A program made the translations under genes and the position numbers. A DNA stretch of 62,786 nt from Candidatus Magasanikiibacteriota bacterium (GTDB lineage Bacteria; Patescibacteriota; Patescibacteriia; Magasanikbacterales; GWA2-37-8). This document shows, piece by piece, positions 27,290 through 36,696 of this stretch. The notes under the pieces are model-generated. The model saw only the letters and a list, made by a program, of their open reading frames with translations. It ran no database searches and was not told where the DNA came from. The stretch is taken from positions 1-62,786 of the forward strand of contig JAHFHZ010000002.1 of the NCBI GenBank assembly GCA_023246715.1, in the 5' to 3' direction. The first letter of the stretch is position 1, and each line of letters starts with the position of its first letter.

Positions 27290-27907
27290 ATGTACTCCCC
27301 GGCGATAAACAAGCTGATTGAGGAATTACGCCGGTTGCCCACGGTAGGCCAGCATACGGCTGAACGTTTTGTTTTTCATTGGCTTAAATCAGGCAAAAAA
27401 GAAGTGGGCCAGTTGGCGCTGGGACTTAAAAACCTGATGGAAAAAATTAAAAGCTGCGGCCAATGCTGGAATTTTGCCGAAACGAACCCCTGCTTTATTT
27501 GCGCGGAGAAAACCCGTGACCAACGAATGATTTGCGTGGTCGGGAACGTACCAAACTTAGCAGCAATTGAACAAACAAGGCAATTCCGCGGAGTCTACCA
27601 CGTGCTGCGCGGCGTGCTTGACGCCAGCGAACCCGAAAGCCTGCTGGAAACAAAAATCCCCGAATTGCGCGCACGGGTTGAGAAACTGGTAGCAGCCGCC
27701 CCCCAGCAACCATTGGAAATTATCCTGGCCCTAAACCCGGATATGCCGGGCGAAACAACGATGTTGTATTTGGAGCAACAATTAAAGGCCCAATTCCCTG
27801 GGTGTCGAATCACCCGCTTGGCGCGCGGGTTGCCGATGGGCAGCGATATTAGCTATGCCGATGAAATTACCCTTGGCAGCGCGCTGAAAGGCCGGACTGA
27901 ACGATAA
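27290..27907 (+). CDS. recR: Recombination mediator RecR
   Basis: LPTVG..TAER HhH, C4 zinc finger, YHVL.G, GETT, RLARGLPMG...YADE.TL. Confidence 0.96.
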   Translation: MYSPAINKLIEELRRLPTVGQHTAERFVFHWLKSGKKEVGQLALGLKNLMEKIKSCGQCWNFAETNPCFICAEKTRDQRMICVVGNVPNLAAIEQTRQFRGVYHVLRGVLDASEPESLLETKIPELRARVEKLVAAAPQQPLEIILALNPDMPGETTMLYLEQQLKAQFPGCRITRLARGLPMGSDISYADEITLGSALKGRTER

Positions 27908-27922
27908 AAATGTAACTCAACT

Positions 27923-27948
27923 AAAAACCCGCCTTTTGGCGGGTTTTT
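27923..27948. terminator. Bidirectional intrinsic terminator (recR/rplU)
   Basis: AAAAACCCGCC-TTTT-GGCGGGTTTTT between convergent genes. Confidence 0.85.
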
Positions 27949-27951
27949 TGT

Positions 27952-28263
27952 TTACATGATTTCTACTTCGGTGTAGCGCTGGCGTTGGCCATGTACTTTG
28001 TGGTAACGGATTTTGCGTTTGAATTTTTCAACGCGGATAGTCCGACCCTTGCCCTGCTTGATGATTTTACCTTTAACAATAATACCTTCAAGATAGGGGG
28101 TGCCGAAGTCTATTTTTTTGCCGTCATCACTGGCGGTAAGAAGGACCTTATCAAAAATAGCGGTTTCACCAACTTCACCTGGTAATTTTTCTACTTTTAA
28201 CTTAGCTCCGGTCTGAACCAGATATTGTTTGCCTCCAGTGGCAATAACTGCACGCATAAACAT
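27952..28263 (-). CDS. rplU: 50S ribosomal protein L21
   Basis: AVIATGGKQYLV, GTPY, GQRQRYT. Confidence 0.97.
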   Translation of the reverse strand: MFMRAVIATGGKQYLVQTGAKLKVEKLPGEVGETAIFDKVLLTASDDGKKIDFGTPYLEGIIVKGKIIKQGKGRTIRVEKFKRKIRYHKVHGQRQRYTEVEIM

Positions 28264-28325
28264 AGATAAAACAAGAATGAAACCATTCTACAGAACCCGA
28301 ACGATTTTGTCAACGACCCGGGGTG

Positions 28326-28817
28326 TTAATACCCAGCAAGGTCTAGGGAATCCCCTATTTTTAAGCCGTATTTTTGAGCGCTCCCGGAGCGAAGCTCAAG
28401 GATCAGATTGGCTGGTGAGCGCGGCTGATAGAGCCGTAGTTGCTCCTCGGGAACCCCGGTCTCGACGCCGGTATTATGTGCAATATCAACGATTTTTCCT
28501 TCGTAAATCCACACCATATCTAATGCGAACTCCATATCACGCATTACTAGGGGGTACTGCCCGGGCCTTGGAAAAACGAATAACATTCCGGCATACGGAT
28601 CTAGGCTCGCGCGGCCGCTCAAACCTTTAAAATGTTCTGCCTGAGTACGGGCTACCAAGAGCGGCAGCGACTGGCCGCTCATAATTAAGCGCGCTTCGGA
28701 GCGGTTGGCAAAACTGGCGTACGCACAGAGCGCCCCCGAAACAAGTCCCAACACGCTTGCCAAGGCGAGGAGCGCGCATACCGGCATCGGCAGTTTCCAC
28801 TTAGCAAGGTTTTTCAT
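28326..28817 (-). CDS. DUF192 family protein with N-terminal membrane anchor
   Basis: GLSGR..L....GMLFVF, MRDMEFALDMVWI, ILEL..G. Confidence 0.85.
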   Translation of the reverse strand: MKNLAKWKLPMPVCALLALASVLGLVSGALCAYASFANRSEARLIMSGQSLPLLVARTQAEHFKGLSGRASLDPYAGMLFVFPRPGQYPLVMRDMEFALDMVWIYEGKIVDIAHNTGVETGVPEEQLRLYQPRSPANLILELRSGSAQKYGLKIGDSLDLAGY

Positions 28818-28821
28818 AACA

Positions 28822-29880
28822 CTATCGCCTGGTCGGTCGCCGAGCCAACCAGAAACCCACCAACAACATCAGCACCGCCAAAAAGCCCAGGGTAAGAAGT
28901 TTAAACGCGCTCTGCAAAAAAAGAGTAGTGATACCGAATAAAAATGCTAACGCGTATAATAATAGCACGGTGGAACGTTCGCTAAAACCAGCATCAAGCA
29001 AACGAAAGTGCAGGTGCTCGCGATCGCCCTGGAACACCGACCGGCCTAGCCAGGCCCGCCGCACAATGACGCGCAAAAAATCCAAAATGGGCACCGCCAT
29101 TACCAGTAAGGTGGTGGCAATTTTACCACCCGAAATCACAGCCAACAAACCAAGCAAAAAACCGACTAATAAACTACCCGCTTCGCCCAAAAAAATACGG
29201 GCGGGGTGGAAATTGAAAAGTAAAAATCCTGCCAAGACGCCAGCCAACGCGAGCGCCAATAATCCAACTTCGGGCTGGTGAAATTTTTTGGTCATGGTGA
29301 GAAAAAAAATCATCAGCGTACCAACCAGCGCAATGCCAGTCGCCAGGCCATCCAAACCATCGAGCACTTTGGTGGTATACATCATGCCCATTAACCACAT
29401 AAATACTAACCCGTCGCCAAGCAACGCGATGGTGCCCAACGGTCCCAGAGACAACTTCCAGCCGCCGAGGTTAATCACTCCCCCAAAGGGGTTGGTAATT
29501 TTATCGAGCCCGACACCAGCGGCGAGGGTGATAAGCACGGCCAACGCCCCGGCAGCCAGCCGAATCCAAGGCGACAACGAGCGCCAATCATCAATGATGC
29601 CAACTACCAACAGGGCAATGCTCCCCATAAAAGCGCCAAGCAGACTATGGCGCAACAGCGGACTCGGCAAACTGCCGGTTTGGGCCAGTATCAAAACAAT
29701 TAACCAAAAAGCGCCAAAAATGGCCACGCCACCAAGCAGCGGTCGACCATTGGTGTGTAGCTTACGTTGTCCATCGGGCCAATCCACGACCTCGAGCCGC
29801 AAAGCGATGCGCCGCACAACAAGCGTGAAGATAATAGACGCGGCCAGCGCTGAAAAAAAAATAATTGACCAATGATTCAT
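28822..29880 (-). CDS. WecA/TagO/MraY-family polyprenyl-phosphate GlcNAc-1-P transferase
   Basis: P.LGG, GIIDD, DGLDGL, FNFHPARIFLGEAG, DREHLH. Confidence 0.9.
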   Translation of the reverse strand: MNHWSIIFFSALAASIIFTLVVRRIALRLEVVDWPDGQRKLHTNGRPLLGGVAIFGAFWLIVLILAQTGSLPSPLLRHSLLGAFMGSIALLVVGIIDDWRSLSPWIRLAAGALAVLITLAAGVGLDKITNPFGGVINLGGWKLSLGPLGTIALLGDGLVFMWLMGMMYTTKVLDGLDGLATGIALVGTLMIFFLTMTKKFHQPEVGLLALALAGVLAGFLLFNFHPARIFLGEAGSLLVGFLLGLLAVISGGKIATTLLVMAVPILDFLRVIVRRAWLGRSVFQGDREHLHFRLLDAGFSERSTVLLLYALAFLFGITTLFLQSAFKLLTLGFLAVLMLLVGFWLARRPTRR

Positions 29881-29893
29881 AGCATTTATGAAA

Positions 29894-32659
29894 CTACTCG
29901 ACAGTAATTTTACCTTCATCTCCAATCACCACCGTATCACGCCGCTTTAATTTTTGCGCTAAAAGCAGATCGGCTAATTTGTTCTCTACTGTTTCTTGTA
30001 CCGCTCGGCGCAGCGGGCGAGCTCCGAATTCAGGATCAAAACCAATCCGCGCTAAAAAGTCGAGAGCGGCTTCTTCAACCCGTAACTCAATACCTTTGGG
30101 GGCCAGTTCTTTGCCAACACCTTTAAGTAATAGACCGGCGATTTTTTTGATATCCTCCAGTTTCAACGGCCTGAATAAAATTACCGCATCAAAACGGTTA
30201 ATAAACTCTGGGCGGAAATATTGCTTTAATTCTTCGTGTAATAAATGTTCTTTAATTACCGCTTCAGACACCCCTTGCTTGAGTTGTTCGCTCACATAAC
30301 CAGTACCAGCATTGCTGGTGGCAACAAGCATAATATTGGTGCAATCAACCGTACGCCCGGTGCTATCGGTGAGGCGACCATCGTCCATAACCTGCAAAAA
30401 GAGGTTAAGGACGTCTTTATCGGATTTTTCTAATTCATCGAGGAGTACTAAGGCGAAGGGATGCGCCCGGAGAGCTTCGGTGAGCGCGCCGCTACCGCTT
30501 TGCCCTGGCACGCCGATTAGCCGATGGATAGCCGAGGTGTCCTGGTATTCGCTCATGTCCAGGCGAATCATTTGGCGCTCTCCGCCAAAATACACTTCGG
30601 CGATAGTTTTGACGAGCTCGGTTTTACCCACGCCCGTTGGCCCCAAAAACAGCAAGCTTGCCACGGGCCGGGAGCCCGAGCGCAACTCGGCCCGCGCGCG
30701 ACGCAGAGCGCTGGCTACGGCCGAAACGGCTTCTTCTTGGCCAATGACCCGGGTATGCAAAGCTTCTTCCAGGCGCAATAATTTGCCGGATTCATCGGTG
30801 GACACGGCGGTGAGCGGAATTTTGGTTTTACCGGCTACCACGGCGGAAACCTCGTCGGCGGTAACCAATGAATTCTTGCCGCTCCTCTGCCGAGCAACTA
30901 GGGCTGCTTCACTCATTATTTCTAACCCACTGCCTGGCAAACAAGCTTCCTGAATAAACCGACCAGCCAATCGGACAATTTGCTCCAGCGCGTCGTACGA
31001 AAAAAATACCTGATGACGATATTCAATTTCGGGCACGCGGGATTCCAACACCTGCAGGGCCTGATCAGGCGTCATTTGAGCAATTTCGATTTTAGTAAAA
31101 TGCGTGCCGAGCGCGGAACGCGAAATTGAACGCGAATACTCTTCGGGAGTGGTGGTGGCCAGCGCCACTACCCCCGCGCTACCAAGATATTCAGCCAGGC
31201 TGCCAGCAACATCTAAACTACTACCCGATCCGCCAGCTGATACGCCGATTAATTCATGCAGCTCGGGAATAAACAACACAATATTTCCCGCGCGCGAGGC
31301 CTCGGCCATGAGCGCGCTTAATCGCTCCACCGCCCCGCTGGCATCTGTCCCCGCCAGGAGCGCGGGTATGCTGATTTCTACGAGCCGCTTATCGCTCAAC
31401 CGCTCCGGAACATCGCCCGCGATCATGCGCTCAACAAGCCCATAGACAATACTCTTACGCCCGCTCCCTCGCTCGCCCACTAATAACAGATTTTTTTCCT
31501 GCCCCTGCGCAATCCGAAATACCTCTGATAGTTCGTTATCGCGAGCTAAACACAAGGGTAGGCGGCCCTGACCGGATTGCCGTGTTAAATCGGTACTAAA
31601 ATGGTCCAACAGTGGTGTGGCCACGGCCGTAAGCGCCCGATCAAGCCCGCTCTTCGGGCGCAGATGCAAGCCTGAACGGAAATGTTGGGCGTTTTCGGAT
31701 AAGCGTTCCTGAACACGCCCCCATTCTAATACATTTTGCAGCTTATGTTGATCAATCGCGGCATCGGCCAAAATTTCCTGTACCACGGGCGAACGGCCAG
31801 CGGCTTCGACGATTAAATCAATAGCGCTCACGCTGCTTTCGCGACCCGCGAATGAGCTTTCATACGCGGCAAACAATGTTTCATATAATTCCAACGCCAA
31901 CCCGGGCGGCGTGGCCGACGAGCCAGGGTTTTGATTAAAAACTTCCTGGAGATTTTTTTGGATATCCTTGGGCAGTACTGCCAAACGAATAAAGACGCTT
32001 TTTACCCGCGGAACATTCAACAGAGCATGGAATAATTCAGCCGGGGTAAAAGCGCTTTTTTTCTGATGCTGGGCCAAGCTGTAGCCTTCTTCAATCGCCC
32101 GAAGCGCTTCGGACGAAAACGCCGCGGCAATATTACGGCGTTTTTTGGGTGCATAGTTTTTGAGCAACGCCTCCCACGCAGGCGCGGCGAGCGCGGGCAA
32201 CTCCGCAACAGCTATCACGCCATCAAAATTATGCATTTCGGGAATAGCGGGTTGGCGGCGATTTTTGATTAAAATATACCAAGCGAAGCAGAACGCGGCG
32301 ATAGCTAACCAAAAAAAGAACCGGGCTTTGGGCAAAAGCAACGGCGAAAGCACCAGTTTATCTAGTTGCACATGCTGAGCCGCGCTTTGATCAAGCGCAG
32401 CGCTGCTGGCAGCCAGGAGCAAGGCCACGCCAAGTAGCATAGCGGATACCGCCGCCACCCGATAAAAAATTGCCCGGGCACGACGCAATAAAATCTCACC
32501 GCCGTACAAGGGATACGACCAGAATAAAAGCTGGCCCCGTTTTTCTAAACCAACACCATGACCAGCGCAGGCGCGGCACCGGCGGCCGTTTACTTGCCCA
32601 AAGGTGGCGCAATCGGCGCAGGGAGCAAGCGGCAACAGGCCTTTTTCTGGTGGGAGCAT
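29894..32659 (-). CDS. Membrane-anchored ClpA/B-family AAA+ ATPase with degenerate first ATPase domain
   Basis: N-terminal CxxC..CxxC, 2 TM helices, Clp-N-like repeats, D1 GERGSGRKS, D2 GPTGVGKTE/LLDELEK/FRPEFINR/GARPLRR. Confidence 0.9.
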   Translation of the reverse strand: MLPPEKGLLPLAPCADCATFGQVNGRRCRACAGHGVGLEKRGQLLFWSYPLYGGEILLRRARAIFYRVAAVSAMLLGVALLLAASSAALDQSAAQHVQLDKLVLSPLLLPKARFFFWLAIAAFCFAWYILIKNRRQPAIPEMHNFDGVIAVAELPALAAPAWEALLKNYAPKKRRNIAAAFSSEALRAIEEGYSLAQHQKKSAFTPAELFHALLNVPRVKSVFIRLAVLPKDIQKNLQEVFNQNPGSSATPPGLALELYETLFAAYESSFAGRESSVSAIDLIVEAAGRSPVVQEILADAAIDQHKLQNVLEWGRVQERLSENAQHFRSGLHLRPKSGLDRALTAVATPLLDHFSTDLTRQSGQGRLPLCLARDNELSEVFRIAQGQEKNLLLVGERGSGRKSIVYGLVERMIAGDVPERLSDKRLVEISIPALLAGTDASGAVERLSALMAEASRAGNIVLFIPELHELIGVSAGGSGSSLDVAGSLAEYLGSAGVVALATTTPEEYSRSISRSALGTHFTKIEIAQMTPDQALQVLESRVPEIEYRHQVFFSYDALEQIVRLAGRFIQEACLPGSGLEIMSEAALVARQRSGKNSLVTADEVSAVVAGKTKIPLTAVSTDESGKLLRLEEALHTRVIGQEEAVSAVASALRRARAELRSGSRPVASLLFLGPTGVGKTELVKTIAEVYFGGERQMIRLDMSEYQDTSAIHRLIGVPGQSGSGALTEALRAHPFALVLLDELEKSDKDVLNLFLQVMDDGRLTDSTGRTVDCTNIMLVATSNAGTGYVSEQLKQGVSEAVIKEHLLHEELKQYFRPEFINRFDAVILFRPLKLEDIKKIAGLLLKGVGKELAPKGIELRVEEAALDFLARIGFDPEFGARPLRRAVQETVENKLADLLLAQKLKRRDTVVIGDEGKITVE

Positions 32660-32678
32660 ACACTTCGGTAATAACAGT

Positions 32679-33086
32679 TTACTTCAAACTAAATAGAGGG
32701 CTCGAGGCTGCTTGATAAATTCCGAGAAGGCAAATAATGGGCAACGCGAGCCAGACCAAAAAAATACCCATGCAAAGCGCCGCCCAGATAGCCAATACGA
32801 TCCCGCGTACCACCCCCTGCACCAGGCGCATACCAAAACTAATCAAACGGCCTTGCCAGTCACGCTGGCCGTACATGGGCACGAATAGATTCTTAAACCA
32901 TAAGCCGGGCGATAGAGCTTGATTACCAAGCGTTAAAAGCCCTAGGCATTTTTTACCCCAATACAAAATTCCCCCGCTATACCACCATAGCGGGAAATAA
33001 AATAAATCGACTATACCTTGGCTGGCTAAGCGACCGATGAGGGCCCAAACCATACTCATTTTGACTCTACTAAAAACCGCCGACAA
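32679..33086 (-). CDS. Membrane protein preceding the Clp ATPase
   Basis: YFPLWWY, LFVPMYGQ.DWQGR, hydrophobic C-terminus; 19 bp from the Clp start. Confidence 0.7.
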   Translation of the reverse strand: MSAVFSRVKMSMVWALIGRLASQGIVDLFYFPLWWYSGGILYWGKKCLGLLTLGNQALSPGLWFKNLFVPMYGQRDWQGRLISFGMRLVQGVVRGIVLAIWAALCMGIFLVWLALPIICLLGIYQAASSPLFSLK

Positions 33087-33128
33087 GCGACGGTATTAGT
33101 ATAACATATTTTAGGTCAGCCAAAAATG

Positions 33129-33491
33129 TTATTTTTTGGCCACGGTTTTGGGCACGGCGACCAGCTGGTATTTAATGTCCGAAGCTGGCACCATCCGCAT
33201 TCCGGCCAGACGCTGCTGAATACTCGATAGCGACCGTTGTTCGATAACGGCAATTTCTAATTTTTGATTTTCGGCAATCAAATTGGCGGTGGTTTTTTCT
33301 AGCTCCTGAATTTGGTAACCGGTGGCCGAGGCTTGGCTCAAACTACCAATATACAAAACACTGATGAGCACCACCACTACCGACAGCGTCACGCGCAAAC
33401 GCACGCTTTCCAACCAGGCAGGAAATTTAAGCAGATAAAAAAACTGCGCCAGGTTTCGGAATTGAGCATTAAAGCGACGTTGCAGCGACAT
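33129..33491 (-). CDS. ftsL: FtsL-like cell division protein
   Basis: TM helix then coiled coil (GYQI.ELE...L..EN..L), follows mraZ-rsmH. Confidence 0.65.
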   Translation of the reverse strand: MSLQRRFNAQFRNLAQFFYLLKFPAWLESVRLRVTLSVVVVLISVLYIGSLSQASATGYQIQELEKTTANLIAENQKLEIAVIEQRSLSSIQQRLAGMRMVPASDIKYQLVAVPKTVAKK

Positions 33492-33525
33492 ACCGATTAA
33501 AAGCGAGATTGGATGAATTAAATAT

Positions 33526-34428
33526 TTATTTTATTTTTTCAGCGACCCGGAGCTTGGCGCTGCGCGCGCGGGGATTTTTAGCTAATTCTTGGGCGGTAGC
33601 CATAACAGGGCGCGGGGTAACTTCTTTTAATGATTGTTCTAGTTTGAAAAACTGTTTGACGATGCGATCTTCCAGAGAATGAAAGCTGATCACCGCCAGC
33701 CGCCCACCGGGCTTGAGCGCGGCAACGGCCTGGGGCAAGGCTGCTTTTAAGACCCCCAACTCGTCGTTCACGACGATCCGCAAGGCCTGAAAGGTGCGCG
33801 TTGCTGGGTGAATTCCCCCGATCCACGGTACTTCTTTGGCGCTGCGTAATTTTTCTCGGTAAACCTGCAAAATTATTTCGACTAATTCACTCGTTTTTTC
33901 AAATGGTTTTTGTTTGCGGGCAGCAATAATACCCGCCACAATCTGCTCGCCGAGCGGATCTTCGCCGTAGCGGCGCAATATACTGGCTAACTCCGCGGGG
34001 CTGGAATCGTTTAAAAGTTCAGCTGCGGTGTGCTTAGCGCTCGGGCCGTAGCGCATATCCAGTGGTTCATTGGATTCAAAGCTGAATCCTCTGCCTCGAT
34101 CCTGGAATTGTGGACTGGACCAACCCAGATCAAACAAAATGGCGTTCGCTGAGGGGAACCGCGCTTCGGCAATAGCGTGCGCTAGTTCAGAAAAATTACT
34201 GTGGGCAAATGATACCCGGCCTTCGAATCGATATAAAAAGCGTTTGGCACGCAAAATGGCTTCGATGTCGGCATCGATACCCAACAATTGACCGTTGGGT
34301 GAATTGGCTTCGAGGAGGGCTTCGCTATGCCCGGCATCGCCGAGCGTGGCATCTATAACAGCATCCCCCGGACCAATGACGAGGAGACGTACTGTTTCCT
34401 CTATAAGTACGGGCAGATGACGATCCAT
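33526..34428 (-). CDS. rsmH: 16S rRNA m4C1402 methyltransferase
   Basis: HLPVL, DATLG.AGHS, DLG.SS.Q, PLDMR, FQALRI.VN.EL, SFHSLEDRIVK, NPRARSAKLR. Confidence 0.97.
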   Translation of the reverse strand: MDRHLPVLIEETVRLLVIGPGDAVIDATLGDAGHSEALLEANSPNGQLLGIDADIEAILRAKRFLYRFEGRVSFAHSNFSELAHAIAEARFPSANAILFDLGWSSPQFQDRGRGFSFESNEPLDMRYGPSAKHTAAELLNDSSPAELASILRRYGEDPLGEQIVAGIIAARKQKPFEKTSELVEIILQVYREKLRSAKEVPWIGGIHPATRTFQALRIVVNDELGVLKAALPQAVAALKPGGRLAVISFHSLEDRIVKQFFKLEQSLKEVTPRPVMATAQELAKNPRARSAKLRVAEKIK

Positions 34429-34442
34429 AGAAACCAGCTTTA

Positions 34443-34874
34443 TCAGACGCCGAGTTCGGCCATGCGTTCGGCGATCGCCGAACTTTCTGCTTCGGTAGCA
34501 CTTTTGTAGCGCGCCCATTCAACAGCGTCCCACATTTCGAGCCGGTTATAGAGACCGGCCACCACGACATTTTTCCCGAGCTTAGCAAAGCTACGCAAAT
34601 ACTCCGGAATCACCGCGCGTCCCTGAGCATCGATATCGAGTTCCATGGCTCCAGCCAGCATCAGGCGAGCAAACGCCCGGCTGTTGGCCTGTGCCAGTGG
34701 CAAGGCGGCCAATTTCTCGGCGAGCTTTTCCCACTCGGCCTTGGTGTAGAGAAACAGGCAGTTATCGATACCGCGAGTGACCACCGCGCCTTTTTTGAGC
34801 GCGGCGCGAAATTTAACCGGGATTGCTACCCGGCCTTTGTCGTCGAGATTGTGGTTGTATTCACCGATGAACAT
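34443..34874 (-). CDS. mraZ: Division/cell-wall cluster transcriptional repressor
   Basis: MFIGEY.H.LDDKGR..IP, DAQGR..IP. Confidence 0.97.
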   Translation of the reverse strand: MFIGEYNHNLDDKGRVAIPVKFRAALKKGAVVTRGIDNCLFLYTKAEWEKLAEKLAALPLAQANSRAFARLMLAGAMELDIDAQGRAVIPEYLRSFAKLGKNVVVAGLYNRLEMWDAVEWARYKSATEAESSAIAERMAELGV

Positions 34875-34939
34875 AGTGGCGGTTGGTGGAGACAGGTTTT
34901 ATAGAAAGACAAGCATTGCTTCTATAATTATTTAATTCA

Positions 34940-34993
34940 CCACTCTTCACCACTAGACCCCATTCTATACCACTTAGAAACACCCGTCAACAC
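34940..34993 (-). promoter_or_regulatory. mraZ promoter with 10-bp-phased GTGG repeats (MraZ-binding boxes)
   Basis: Plus-strand CCAC/CCAT at 34940, 34950, 34960, 34970 and ACAC at 34980, 34990; TTGACG-17-TAGAAT promoter (34990-34962) overlaps them. Confidence 0.75.
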
Positions 34994-35117
34994 TTACCAC
35001 CTTTTACAACGATCCCCTTATTTTGGCTTAAATAAAATAAAAAAATCGCCGGTTGGCGATGTTGTTTAGTTATGCACAGGCGCCTATTTACACATACCCC
35101 TTAACGGCATACTCATA

Positions 35118-35205
35118 ATTTGTCATTCCCGCGAAAGCGGGAATCTAATCATGGTAAGCCAAAAACGTGAGTGTCTGGATTCCCGCTTTCGCGGGAATGA
35201 CAAAT
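35118..35205. repeat. Palindromic element with inverted ATTCCC-N8-GGGAAT (dRS3-like) arms, copy 2
   Basis: ATTTGTCATTCCCGCGAAAGCGGGAATC ... GATTCCCGCTTTCGCGGGAATGACAAAT (28-bp perfect arms). Confidence 0.9.
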
Positions 35206-35224
35206 GTGAAAACCCTAAATAAGT

Positions 35225-36592
35225 TCACTCAAATAAACAAGTCTTTCCAAACACCGCTGCTTCAGCCGCAACACCGTTGGCGCCAAGCCGTTTAATCAGC
35301 GCCGCGCAAGCAGCCGGATCGCCATGATTAAGGATCACCTGGCGCGGAGCCGTTTTGCCCCCCGTAATCCAGTTGGCGAGCTTATCCTGATCGCCATGAG
35401 CCGAAAGCGCGCCGATCATTTTCACCTGACAGCGCACTTTTACTCGCTCGCCCATTATCTCTACAGGTGATTCACCTTCAAGCAGTCGTCGGCCGAGCGT
35501 GCCGACCGATTGGTAGCCGGTTAACAGAAGCGTGCTTTGTTCGTCGGACAAATAGCGCAGCGCGTGATGCAAAATACGCCCACCGGTGAGCATGCCCGCG
35601 CCAGCAATAATGATTTTTTGCCCGCGCACTTGGTTGATCCGTTTGGATTCTTCGCGGGTGTAGGTAAGATTTAAACTTGGAAATTTAAAAATATCATCTC
35701 CAGCCATAACACATTCCTTCGCGGCAGCGTCGTAGTAGCGCGGGTAATTCCGGTAGACCCGCAGCGCATCAATCGCCAGCGGACTATCCACAAAAATCGG
35801 TACGTGCGGAAAATCCCGGCTATGTTCAATCATTTCATTGAGCTCGTAGAGCAGCTCCTGGGCACGTTCAAGCGAAAACGAAGCGACCAAAATGCTGCCT
35901 CCCCGCTGGAGGCCGGCTGTTATGGCTTCACGCAAAATGCGCAAACGTTCGCTTGACGGTTCATGTTTACGATCACCGTAGGTTGATTCACAAACCAACA
36001 CATCTAACCCAGCGGGGAGCGGCTCGGTATCACGCAAAATGGGCACATCTTCGTTGCCAACATCACCCGAAAATACCAAGTGCTTACCCCCCGCTTTGAT
36101 TTCCACAAACGCGGAACCAAAAATATGTCCTTCATCATACAGGCAGGCGCTGAAATCCGCCGCGGGAATACCGGGAATTATTATATTCTCGTGATACTCC
36201 ACTCGCTTAAAAAGTTCGGCGGCTTGGTCAACATCGCTTTGTTTGTAGGTAATCGGGCGGCCAAATTTTTGGTGATCGTAGTGCATGATTCCGGCGGCGT
36301 CGGCCATGATGAGGGCAGCCAAATCTGCGGTGGGGGCGGTAGCGTAAATTGGGCCGGTAAAACCGCTTTTTACTAATAAAGGCAGGCGCCCCACATGATC
36401 AAGATGGGCGTGGGTAACAAAAACAGCCGTTAATTCAGCGGGATCAAAGCCGAGTGGCTGTTCGTTTTTTTGTTCGTGTTCATGGCCACCCTGGAACATG
36501 CCACAATCTACCAAAAATTTTTTGCCCTGGCTTTCAAGCAGGCTACACGAGCCGGTAACTTCACCGGCAGCTCCCCAAAAAGTGAGTTTCAT
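35225..36592 (-). CDS. MBL-fold beta-CASP metallo-hydrolase (ribonuclease)
   Basis: GAAGEVTGS, THAHLDHVG, GHIFGS, FSGD, ESTYG, SAHGDQ, NHG. Confidence 0.93.
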   Translation of the reverse strand: MKLTFWGAAGEVTGSCSLLESQGKKFLVDCGMFQGGHEHEQKNEQPLGFDPAELTAVFVTHAHLDHVGRLPLLVKSGFTGPIYATAPTADLAALIMADAAGIMHYDHQKFGRPITYKQSDVDQAAELFKRVEYHENIIIPGIPAADFSACLYDEGHIFGSAFVEIKAGGKHLVFSGDVGNEDVPILRDTEPLPAGLDVLVCESTYGDRKHEPSSERLRILREAITAGLQRGGSILVASFSLERAQELLYELNEMIEHSRDFPHVPIFVDSPLAIDALRVYRNYPRYYDAAAKECVMAGDDIFKFPSLNLTYTREESKRINQVRGQKIIIAGAGMLTGGRILHHALRYLSDEQSTLLLTGYQSVGTLGRRLLEGESPVEIMGERVKVRCQVKMIGALSAHGDQDKLANWITGGKTAPRQVILNHGDPAACAALIKRLGANGVAAEAAVFGKTCLFE

Positions 36593-36696
36593 ATAACAAT
36601 CATTAAATCATACTTTTCTCCCGCCAGCAATTATAGCGGCTGTTCAAAAGGAACTAAAATTGATATACTGAGCTTGTTTTTAGCTTCATTTTTGTT

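Noticed and set aside
26856..35205. Palindromic repeats as a CRISPR array
   Set aside because: Arms are inverted, the copies are 8 kb apart, and no cas genes are present.
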